A stretch of DNA of 24,798 nt, taken from IMG/VR virus record IMGVR_UViG_3300025606_000019, positions 1 to 24,798 of that record. One strand, given 5' to 3'. The position numbers and the translations under genes were made by a program. Shown piece by piece: positions 17,768 to 24,734 of the stretch (positions within the stretch are counted from its first letter, which is position 1; each line of letters begins with the position of its first letter). Below the pieces are notes generated by a model, which saw nothing but the letters and a program-made list of their open reading frames with translations, searched no databases and was not told where the DNA came from. This DNA is from a virus. Taxonomy: Duplodnaviria > Caudoviricetes.

Positions 17768-17794
17768 AAAAAAAAACCCAGTACAAGGACTGGG
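17768..17794 (-). terminator. Intrinsic terminator
   Basis: CCCAGT-ccttgt-ACTGGG followed by T9 on the minus strand. Confidence 0.85.
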
Positions 17795-17835
17795 CTTAAC
17801 GGTCTCACAGACCGAGAGGAGAACACAACGAACAA
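17768..17835 (-). ncRNA. Putative small RNA with anti-Shine-Dalgarno-like seed
   Basis: Unstructured GUUCGUUGUGUUCUCCUCU, hairpin CGGUCU-gug-AGACCG, then terminator. 5' end uncertain. Confidence 0.45.
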
Positions 17836-17838
17836 ACT

Positions 17839-18102
17839 CTATCCTAACCCATAAATTGCAATCTGCTTCATCTTGGACACGACATGGTGTGGTCTTCGTC
17901 CAACGATGGCGAGGTCTCGACCCTCTCCCCACTGCTTGAACGTAGTCCCAGGATACTGACATCTACCTTGCCTGATCATTTCACTCTGATACTCAAACGT
18001 ACAGTCTTCACAATACTCGTGGCCTGGGGCTGGTGGATGCATCCGGGCAGTGTGTACCCAGTCGAGGTATTCCAGTCTGCTGGGAAAGCAATCAGGGGTC
18101 AT
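17839..18102 (-). CDS. Hypothetical Cys-containing protein
   Basis: GGAGG RBS, ATGA overlap; C...YCEDC...C. Confidence 0.7.
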   Translation of the reverse strand: MTPDCFPSRLEYLDWVHTARMHPPAPGHEYCEDCTFEYQSEMIRQGRCQYPGTTFKQWGEGRDLAIVGRRPHHVVSKMKQIAIYGLG

Positions 18103-18392
18103 AGAACCTCCAGGATTGAACTCAGGTGCTTGATAGCATCATCTACTGCTACTGCCTCTTCCCGTGGTGTCACGGGCTGGATCATCAGAATGTAGTGAGC
18201 AGAGTCCAAGGCACTCAATGCCTTCAGGAGTACAGGCTTCATCGCATGGAAGGCTTCCTGCCTGCCGAGCTGGTAGTAGTGATCGGATGACTCGTGCATG
18301 ACCTGCTTACCGAATTCCAGAACTCTCTGCTCTACTTCTTTCTGGGGGTATTTAATACCACGCCATATCTGCATCAATTGATAGTCATTCAT
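18099..18392 (-). CDS. Hypothetical helical protein
   Basis: ATGA overlaps on both sides; LLKALSAL...AIKHL helical hairpin typical of nin-like small genes. Confidence 0.7.
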   Translation of the reverse strand: MNDYQLMQIWRGIKYPQKEVEQRVLEFGKQVMHESSDHYYQLGRQEAFHAMKPVLLKALSALDSAHYILMIQPVTPREEAVAVDDAIKHLSSILEVL

Positions 18393-18622
18393 TTCTCTTC
18401 TCTTTGATAAAGAAAGACTCCGGGTGATCCATCAGTCACTTCACGCCAGATTCCATCCGTGAACTGGGCAAACTTACCTACCGGCTTCAACTTCCCCGGT
18501 ACTTCCCCGGTACTTCCCCGGTCATCGGGGGTGACATCGGGGGTCTCAGGTTTGAGATCTCGGATGATCTTGGGAAAACCATCCTCGAAATACACTTCCT
18601 TGATGATCCAGCTCCCCTTCAT
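18389..18622 (-). CDS. Hypothetical protein containing tandem DNA repeats
   Basis: Start MKGSWII at 18622 overlaps the upstream stop (ATGA); GAGGG RBS. Confidence 0.65.
   Translation of the reverse strand: MKGSWIIKEVYFEDGFPKIIRDLKPETPDVTPDDRGSTGEVPGKLKPVGKFAQFTDGIWREVTDGSPGVFLYQREEK
18490..18544. repeat. 3 x 11-bp perfect tandem repeat plus 2 x 10-bp repeat
   Basis: acttccccggt at 18490, 18501 and 18512; catcgggggt at 18523 and 18535. Confidence 0.9.
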
Positions 18623-18771
18623 TCTTCGTCCCTCGACATCAGTAAGACGGCACATCCGAATGCTGTCAGCAGGCCGATAGCACACAACACGCGGTCACCC
18701 ACGGCTGCACCAACAATGCCTGCCGAGAATGTTGATACCAACAATGCTTGCAATATAATATTGGGATTCAT
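18619..18771 (-). CDS. 50-aa two-TM membrane protein, missing from the ORF track
   Basis: MNPNIILQALLVSTFSAGIVGAAVGDRVLCAIGLLTAFGCAVLLMSRDEE; AGGA RBS; stop overlaps the next start. Confidence 0.7.
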   Translation of the reverse strand: MNPNIILQALLVSTFSAGIVGAAVGDRVLCAIGLLTAFGCAVLLMSRDEE

Positions 18772-18797
18772 AATATAAGATTCCTGATTTTACGGGA

Positions 18798-18830
18798 CTA
18801 GATTCCGGATCACCCGGACCCGGAACCTAG
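18798..18830 (-). other. Intergenic RNA hairpin downstream of hns
   Basis: CUAGGUUCCGG...CCGGAAUCUAG, 11 bp with one G-U; no U-tract follows. Confidence 0.55.
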
Positions 18831-18842
18831 GCTCTATGCGGG

Positions 18843-19136
18843 TTAGATAGCGTATTGGGACCTATCGGCTCCGTTGATCCACTTAGGGGTTTTGCCGCGT
18901 CCTGACCATGTGGCGCCAGACCGGGGGTCTCTGTACTTGGCCGCTACTTTGTTCCCAGGTTTGGGGCCTGTCTTGACCTTAGGGGCCTTGTCTAGTCCCA
19001 GGTCCTTAGCCGTTATCCCGTAAGCACTGATCATCGTCCGGGCCATACCGATGGCCTGTTCTTTCTCCTCTTCTTTCACACGGGCTGCTTGCGCCTGAAG
19101 ATCGGCGATCTTGGCCTGTAATTCTTCGTAAAACAT
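18843..19136 (-). CDS. hns: H-NS family nucleoid-associated protein (short betaproteobacterial type)
   Basis: N-terminal coiled coil, YGITAKDL, C-terminal KYRDP.SGATWSGRGKTPKWI signature; GGAG RBS before ATG 19136. Confidence 0.95.
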   Translation of the reverse strand: MFYEELQAKIADLQAQAARVKEEEKEQAIGMARTMISAYGITAKDLGLDKAPKVKTGPKPGNKVAAKYRDPRSGATWSGRGKTPKWINGADRSQYAI

Positions 19137-19214
19137 ACACACACTCCAGTTGATACCCCAAAAGGGGCGATAGAAGCCTCTAGGTGAGGCGAAAAGGGTT
19201 CAGGGTAGGCTACC

Positions 19215-19391
19215 CTACACGCACGAGTCAGAATCGCTTGTAGGGGCTGATATGGGGACTGCTATGGGTCTCGATGTTCCGTCAGGCATTGTGGCAACGA
19301 CGCGGATGTCGTTACCTTCCCGTGAGATGTGCCAGACGATGGGGTCACCGTCCAGCAGCATATCCAGGATGTCCTCGGCGCTGGGTGTCAT
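19215..19391 (-). CDS. 58-aa hypothetical protein, missing from the ORF track
   Basis: MTPSAEDILDMLLDGDPIVWHISREGNDIRVVATMPDG...; ATGA overlap with the upstream gene. Confidence 0.6.
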   Translation of the reverse strand: MTPSAEDILDMLLDGDPIVWHISREGNDIRVVATMPDGTSRPIAVPISAPTSDSDSCV

Positions 19392-19678
19392 TGTGTGGCC
19401 GACTTATGTTGGCGCACGACGTTAGAGACCACCGATCGGATGTCTCCGATGTCCTCGATATCGGTCCACTCAGGTCCGAATCCCAAAAGGGTTAACGCAA
19501 CCCTGGCCCGTATCGTTGTCATTAAACGACGGGTTGCCCAGTAGTCTGATGGCAGTGAATGCGTGGTCGGACCATCCAACTGATCGCGGTAATATGGGGA
19601 CACGACAATCCACTGTCGTCCAGACCGGAACATCCGGACATGGGATGATGCTGTCTTGATTGCTTGCGTTACTGACAT
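19388..19678 (-). CDS. Hypothetical early protein
   Basis: GGAG RBS and its own promoter; 96 aa. Confidence 0.7.
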   Translation of the reverse strand: MSVTQAIKTASSHVRMFRSGRQWIVVSPYYRDQLDGPTTHSLPSDYWATRRLMTTIRARVALTLLGFGPEWTDIEDIGDIRSVVSNVVRQHKSATQ

Positions 19679-19710
19679 GATAATGCTCCGATAAGATAAA
19701 GGGTGAAGAG

Positions 19711-19739
19711 ATTATGGGGTGAGATTATCACCCCGTCAA
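19711..19739 (-). promoter_or_regulatory. Sigma70 promoter with palindromic operator in the spacer
   Basis: TTGACG-N17-CATAAT; GGGGTGA-N5-TCACCCC at 19716-19734. Confidence 0.75.
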
Positions 19740-19743
19740 CACA

Positions 19744-20013
19744 TTACGTGCAAGGTTTGGATAGAACCTTACGCTTCGTGATCGACCAGCGATCAAGAAT
19801 GGGGTTCCCGTACTGATCCTCATCAGTGGCAACATAGGCCACGGTGTTTCGCACAACGCCAAACCTGACCCCATCCAATACGTCGATGGCGTGAATAAGC
19901 TCGTGCTTCAACGCCCACGAGTCAGTAGTAGGACGAAACGTAAAGTATTTCTTGGTCTCTGGCAGGTAGAAAACGCCAGCGTCATTCATAAACGGAAGAT
20001 CATAATTGATCAT
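19744..20013 (-). CDS. Hypothetical early protein
   Basis: GGAG RBS; 89 aa, beta-rich. Confidence 0.7.
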   Translation of the reverse strand: MINYDLPFMNDAGVFYLPETKKYFTFRPTTDSWALKHELIHAIDVLDGVRFGVVRNTVAYVATDEDQYGNPILDRWSITKRKVLSKPCT

Positions 20014-20047
20014 AGTGGACTCCAGATAAGATTAAGTAGGTAGTCGA

Positions 20048-20111
20048 ATAATATAGTGTACACGACAGCTAGTGCAACCCATAATATCATCACAAGGTAG
20101 GATTGCACTAG
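20048..20111 (-). promoter_or_regulatory. Probable promoter overlapped by a 9-bp inverted repeat
   Basis: TTGCAC-N18-TATTAT on the minus strand; ctagtgcaa (20069-20077) and ttgcactag (20103-20111). Confidence 0.5.
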
Positions 20112-20121
20112 TGTCATACGA

Positions 20122-20799
20122 TCAGGCCGCTAGTGCGATACGGATTACCTTATCCATCTTGCGACCATGTGCTGGATAGGCGATCACGTCGATATCCTTG
20201 CTGTAGCACGCGCGGCAACCATTGCACTTCCCGCCATGTTGATAGGCTTCGCAAAGTTTGGTCCCCTCTGGCACTGACTGCGGATCTGGCACGATCACAG
20301 AACCATGACGTGAATCGTACTCACCGAATACACTGTCGGATGAAAACCGGACCATGACGTTCGGCAATGCTTGCATGGCCGCAAGTACAGCGTGAAACTT
20401 CTTGAATTTCATCATCCGGGTTGGTAACCAATGGCTAACCCATGGCGTGGATTCCATGACGGACAGGATCTTTTTGGCAAGCTTCAGATCGTACATATCG
20501 CCACTGTCGAACCAACGGAAGTATCTGTCTTTGTTCAAGCTTGAGACCATGTCAGAGACCCATTCGGCACGCTTCCAATCCTCACGATTATGCAAGCGTG
20601 GTTCTTTAACATTGTCGAAAACGTAGTTTCCCGTTGTGGCGTAGCATCCGCTACAGGCAGCTACTAGTTGACCATCCGACCCGATAGAACCCGGACAAGT
20701 TTCTAAAGCTTGCAGACTCCACGAACGGATTCCGTCAAGTTTGGATGTGACGCTGATCCGAATGGATGATGTGATAACAGACAGTTTTGGCTTAGCCAT
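20122..20799 (-). CDS. GP88-like Cys-rich protein (putative Fe-S or Zn binding)
   Basis: TSKL...SWSL.A..TCPG...CSGCYA, YFRWFDSGD, HWLPTR, NVMVRFS, C..Y...GKCNGCRACY, AYPAH. Confidence 0.75.
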   Translation of the reverse strand: MAKPKLSVITSSIRISVTSKLDGIRSWSLQALETCPGSIGSDGQLVAACSGCYATTGNYVFDNVKEPRLHNREDWKRAEWVSDMVSSLNKDRYFRWFDSGDMYDLKLAKKILSVMESTPWVSHWLPTRMMKFKKFHAVLAAMQALPNVMVRFSSDSVFGEYDSRHGSVIVPDPQSVPEGTKLCEAYQHGGKCNGCRACYSKDIDVIAYPAHGRKMDKVIRIALAA

Positions 20800-20818
20800 T
20801 GTGTACCCCTAAATATGA

Positions 20819-20905
20819 TTAGATTGCGAGAGAGAACAGGAAAACGATGTCAGCGACCAAGATCACTGCACAACCAATCAACCATCCGTTTGCAAACTTG
20901 AACAT
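20819..20905 (-). CDS. 28-aa hydrophobic peptide, first gene of the early operon
   Basis: MFKFANGWLIGCAVILVADIVFLFSLAI; GAGGA RBS; directly downstream of a strong promoter. Confidence 0.6.
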   Translation of the reverse strand: MFKFANGWLIGCAVILVADIVFLFSLAI

Positions 20906-20953
20906 GATGTTTCCTCTATAAGATAATCTGTCTTGATCTAAGACAGTGAGTAC

Positions 20954-20982
20954 ATATTAACCTACCGATTATGTTCTGTCAA
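20954..20982 (-). promoter_or_regulatory. Major leftward early sigma70 promoter
   Basis: TTGACA-N17-TAATAT with an A-tract upstream; leader palindrome CTGTCTT-N5-AAGACAG at 20928-20946. Confidence 0.8.
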
Positions 20983-21020
20983 CAGATAATCTATTTTTTT
21001 TTATAGGTGGTTTCCCTAAT

Positions 21021-21360
21021 GTACATCCATACAGTAGGTGTACAGTAGGTGTACTGATCATCCTATATACATATATAGAGTGTGTGTACTGTATTTGTAC
21101 TGTCCGACACATCACTGGGGTATTGGCATAGTGCGTGCCACATCTTTCCCGTCAATGGTCCCGGTCCCCTACCCTCCACCCTCTACGCTCTACGCTCGCA
21201 CTAGCTGCCGCTCCACGCATACGCTCGCACCTTGACGCTGGCATGGGCTGGGACGCCAACCCGACACCGTGCTACCATCCGCCCACACCCCGGCCCGATG
21301 CGGTGGGACATGACCCCCGTGTGTGCGTGCACCCAACCGTTCTCCCCCCCAAGAAAAATT
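21021..21360. other. Non-coding repeat-rich region: candidate packaging site or genome terminus
   Basis: Tandem tacagtaggtg x2, five GTAC sites, ctatata-ca-tatatag palindrome, acgctcgcac x2, and C-runs just before terL. Confidence 0.45.
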
Positions 21361-21361
21361 C

Positions 21362-23128
21362 ATGTCATTTAATCTGGCTCAGTTCTACAAGTTCTGTAGT
21401 GAACTTAAAATAGAGACTAAGGAACATGGTCTCAGGAAGATGGATAGGTTATTAGGTACTCAGACATATATTATGGATGAGATAGCTAAGGGTCTACAGG
21501 ATGATATTCATTTCTTTGTGATATTAAAGGGTAGACAGTTAGGGATAACTACTATCTCTTTGGCATTAGATCTTTACTGGCATTTTGTACATCCTGGATT
21601 ACAGGGTACATTAACGACAGATACGGAAGAGAACAGGGATATGTTCCGAAGTACCTTGTCTATGTATATAGATGGGTTACCTAGAGAATATAAAGTACCT
21701 GTTATTGCTCACAACAGAAACCACATCTCGTTGAAGAACCGCAGTCGGTTGTTTTATCAGGTGGCTGGATTGCGTTCTAAGGGGTCTCTGGGGCGCGGTA
21801 AGGCGATAACGTACCTTCATGGTACTGAGACATCCAGTTGGGGAGACGAGGAGGGCCTAGCGTCTCTCTTGGCTTCTCTTGCCGAGACAAATCCTCAGAG
21901 ATTGTATTTATTTGAGAGTACTGCTCGTGGATTTAATATGTTCCACGATATGTATGTCACTGCTAAGAAGGCTAGAACTCAGAGGGCTATATTCTGTGGT
22001 TGGTGGAGAAATGAACTTTATTCTGTAGAAGCAGAGACGGATGTTTATAAAGTTTATTGGGACGGTAAATTAACTGGGGAAGAGAAAGAGTGGGTGAAGG
22101 ACATCAAGAAGTTGTACGGGGTGGAGATCAACAGCAGGCAGATGGCGTGGTGGAGGTGGAAACTCCACGAGGGGATCAAGGACGATGCGCTGATGTACCA
22201 GGAGTTTCCTCCTACGGAAGACTACGCATTCGTGATGACTGGTACGAGCTTCTTCTCAAACTCCCGGTGTACTGACGCTGCCAAGAAATCTCGGCAACTA
22301 CATCCGGAATGTTTCCGCTATGCTTTTGGGGCAATGTTCCAAGACACTGATGTCTTGAAGTCCACAGAGAAGTTGGGGACGTTGAAGGTTTGGGAGCAAC
22401 CCATTGACACTGCCTACTACGTCATTGGTGCTGACCCTGCTTATGGATCATCCGATTGGGCAGACCGATTTTCTATCCAAGTGTTCCGCGTCTATGCGAA
22501 TGGCATGGAACAGGTTGCGGAGTTTGCGACCAGTGAGATGAACACCTACCAGTTTGCATGGGTGATTGCCCACCTTGCCGGTGCGTACAAGAACTCAACT
22601 CTGAACTTGGAAGTCAACGGTCCCGGTCAGGCGGTCATCAACGAGATGCGTAACCTCAAACGTCTTGCTGCCGCGCAAGGTACTGCCGGTCACGGAATCA
22701 TGGATGTGCTGGGTTCCATGCAGAACTACATCTGGCGTCGTAACGATACGATGTCCGGGTTATCCAACTCTATTGGCTTCTTGACTACGAGTCAGACCAA
22801 AGAGCGGATGCTGACCTACATGAAGGATTACTTCGAACGTGGGTTGATGGACATCAAGTCTATGGACCTGCTAGACGAGATGAAAGGCATTGTTCGTGAG
22901 GGCGGGTTTATCGGTGCGCCTGGGCGCGGCAAAGATGATAGAGTTATTGCCAGTGCGCTGGCCGCTGTTGCTTATGCCGAGCAAGTTCAACCCCGATTGA
23001 TTGCCATGAGATTGACAAAAGAAATCTCTCATGCCCAAGAGAACCAAACGCCAGAACAGATCGCTGCTGGACGTAACGTATCCAACTACCTCAAGAAAAT
23101 CGGGATGTACGGTGGCTCTACACACTGA
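21362..23128 (+). CDS. terL: Terminase large subunit
   Basis: Walker A ILKGRQLGITT, Walker B-like YLHGTE, coupling motif FESTARG, QEFP, nuclease motifs IGADPA, LEVN, DDRVIA. Likely start ATG 21362. Confidence 0.93.
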   Translation: MSFNLAQFYKFCSELKIETKEHGLRKMDRLLGTQTYIMDEIAKGLQDDIHFFVILKGRQLGITTISLALDLYWHFVHPGLQGTLTTDTEENRDMFRSTLSMYIDGLPREYKVPVIAHNRNHISLKNRSRLFYQVAGLRSKGSLGRGKAITYLHGTETSSWGDEEGLASLLASLAETNPQRLYLFESTARGFNMFHDMYVTAKKARTQRAIFCGWWRNELYSVEAETDVYKVYWDGKLTGEEKEWVKDIKKLYGVEINSRQMAWWRWKLHEGIKDDALMYQEFPPTEDYAFVMTGTSFFSNSRCTDAAKKSRQLHPECFRYAFGAMFQDTDVLKSTEKLGTLKVWEQPIDTAYYVIGADPAYGSSDWADRFSIQVFRVYANGMEQVAEFATSEMNTYQFAWVIAHLAGAYKNSTLNLEVNGPGQAVINEMRNLKRLAAAQGTAGHGIMDVLGSMQNYIWRRNDTMSGLSNSIGFLTTSQTKERMLTYMKDYFERGLMDIKSMDLLDEMKGIVREGGFIGAPGRGKDDRVIASALAAVAYAEQVQPRLIAMRLTKEISHAQENQTPEQIAAGRNVSNYLKKIGMYGGSTH

Positions 23129-23909
23129 TCTCACAATCGTATCTATCCACGGCCATACAGATGGTGCTGCCGCTATCCCAAGTATTGTTGAGAGTCTGAC
23201 TCAGTTGCCCGGAAGCCGGGGTCTGCTGATCTCTCTTGAAAGACCTCCTTCCTTGCCAGACCATATCGGTTGGAAACAAACAGCACCGCTGGATTACTTC
23301 CAATACTCGATGTTCTGTATGTACTGCCTCCAGCATTACATCGACACTGAATACTGCTTGGTTGTGCAAGACGATGGATGGGTCATCAACGGTGAGAACT
23401 TCACGGGTGAGTACTACGAGTACGACTATGTGGGCGCACCTACTCACATGGGCATCCTGGGCGACCAAGCCATGTTCCACTTCTCGTGGGTTCATGTGAA
23501 AGACCCCATCGTTGTGCAGAACGGCGGGTTCTCCCTGCGTAGCCGCAAGTTCTTGGAAGCACCGTCTAAGCACGGCATCGTTCACAAGTTGTACAACCAG
23601 CAGCCGTTCATCAACGAAGATGTTCAGCTCTCAGGTTTGTTGCGACCTCAATTGGAATCTGTCGGTGTGCGGTTCGCGCCGTTGAAAATTGCCATGCACT
23701 TCTCAATTGAGTACATGGGTCCAGGCCTGCACGATGGCATTGACCTAGAGCGGCTGGTCGGTCATCACGCACCCAGCAGAAAATTAATCGGCCACAAATC
23801 TATTGCCATCAGAAGCACGGCAGAAGAGTGTGATAATGTATTTGGTGAATGGGACTTCCTGATGTTCTTGCAAGACAAGGGCTACAAGTTTGAATACCGT
23901 AATTCCTAA
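23112..23909 (+). CDS. DUF5672-like, GT-A glycosyltransferase-like protein
   Basis: CLVVQDDG, YDYVGAP, NGGFSLRSRKFL, NEDV, FSIE motifs; GTG start overlapping the terL end. Confidence 0.75.
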   Translation: MALHTDLTIVSIHGHTDGAAAIPSIVESLTQLPGSRGLLISLERPPSLPDHIGWKQTAPLDYFQYSMFCMYCLQHYIDTEYCLVVQDDGWVINGENFTGEYYEYDYVGAPTHMGILGDQAMFHFSWVHVKDPIVVQNGGFSLRSRKFLEAPSKHGIVHKLYNQQPFINEDVQLSGLLRPQLESVGVRFAPLKIAMHFSIEYMGPGLHDGIDLERLVGHHAPSRKLIGHKSIAIRSTAEECDNVFGEWDFLMFLQDKGYKFEYRNS

Positions 23910-24273
23910 ACAAGAACTCAAGATCTTGGTTGGTAGACTCCTTAAAGATAAGGAGCGCGGTATCTCTCTTCAGAAGTTTGCTGACCTCTGTGGTATCTCA
24001 AGAGAATTTCTGGCTGACGTGTTCATCTACGAAAACGCACCTATGAGTGAGACCACCCAACGTCGGGTCTCATCCGCCTACCAAGCGTGGCGCGAAGGTC
24101 GGGTCAAGGTCATGAGACGCAAAGACCAGACCCAATACGTTGACTACCGCAAGGTTGCAGAACCTGCTATCTTCTCGCACATGGGGATCGTCAAGTCCCC
24201 TGACGGATTCAAACTATCTATCGGCCCCCGTAATCGTCACGATTACTCTTATCCTACTTTGGACGAATCATGA
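23890..24273 (+). CDS. Putative HTH DNA-binding protein
   Basis: ISLQKFADLCGISREFLADVF helix-turn-helix pattern; TTG start uncertain. Confidence 0.65.
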   Translation: MNTVIPKQELKILVGRLLKDKERGISLQKFADLCGISREFLADVFIYENAPMSETTQRRVSSAYQAWREGRVKVMRRKDQTQYVDYRKVAEPAIFSHMGIVKSPDGFKLSIGPRNRHDYSYPTLDES

Positions 24274-24734
24274 GCGTACTCCACGACTATCTTTGCGCGT
24301 CTCACGGCCTCTTCGAATCATACGAAGCAGAATGCCCTATCAAATTCTGCACAGCAGAACTCAATATGGTTTTTCTAAAACCAGTTGCACTCAAATCAGA
24401 TAAAACCAAACAGGCTGACCGTCAACTCAAAGGTCTCGCCCAAGACTTCAAGATGTCAGACATCAAGTCCACCCGCTCTGGTGACACCCAATCCGGTTAC
24501 CATCAGCATCAGATTCCTGAAGAGCCAGAAGTCAAAGAGGCTCGCCCAGGCGATGCGGCTATCTGGGGTGGCAACTTCCAGAACATTAATATGCAGGCAG
24601 CACTTGCCGGGAAAGTTGCCCAATCGGTTCGCGGAGAATCTGTTGGCGTAAACCCGAAAGATACTGGTAATCTCACGGGACCTAAAGCCGCAAGTTACAT
24701 TGCTGACCATGAGAACTTGGCACTAACACCATGA
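24270..24734 (+). CDS. FmdB-like zinc-ribbon protein
   Basis: HDYLCASHGLFE...CPIKFC N-terminus; ATGA overlaps at both ends. Confidence 0.65.
   Translation: MSVLHDYLCASHGLFESYEAECPIKFCTAELNMVFLKPVALKSDKTKQADRQLKGLAQDFKMSDIKSTRSGDTQSGYHQHQIPEEPEVKEARPGDAAIWGGNFQNINMQAALAGKVAQSVRGESVGVNPKDTGNLTGPKAASYIADHENLALTP

Noticed and set aside
17358-17962. ORF-track ORFs 17358-17705, 17372-17722, 17715-17939 (+) and 17675-17962 (-)
   Set aside because: No convincing RBS, they cross A9/T9 terminator tracts and tandem repeats, and the plus-strand ones oppose the local gene direction. RNA structure explains the region better.
21038-21413. ORFs 21038-21235 and 21135-21413 as small terminase
   Set aside because: Low-complexity Pro/His/Thr-rich translations of repeat DNA, with no RBS and no helical TerS-like pattern.
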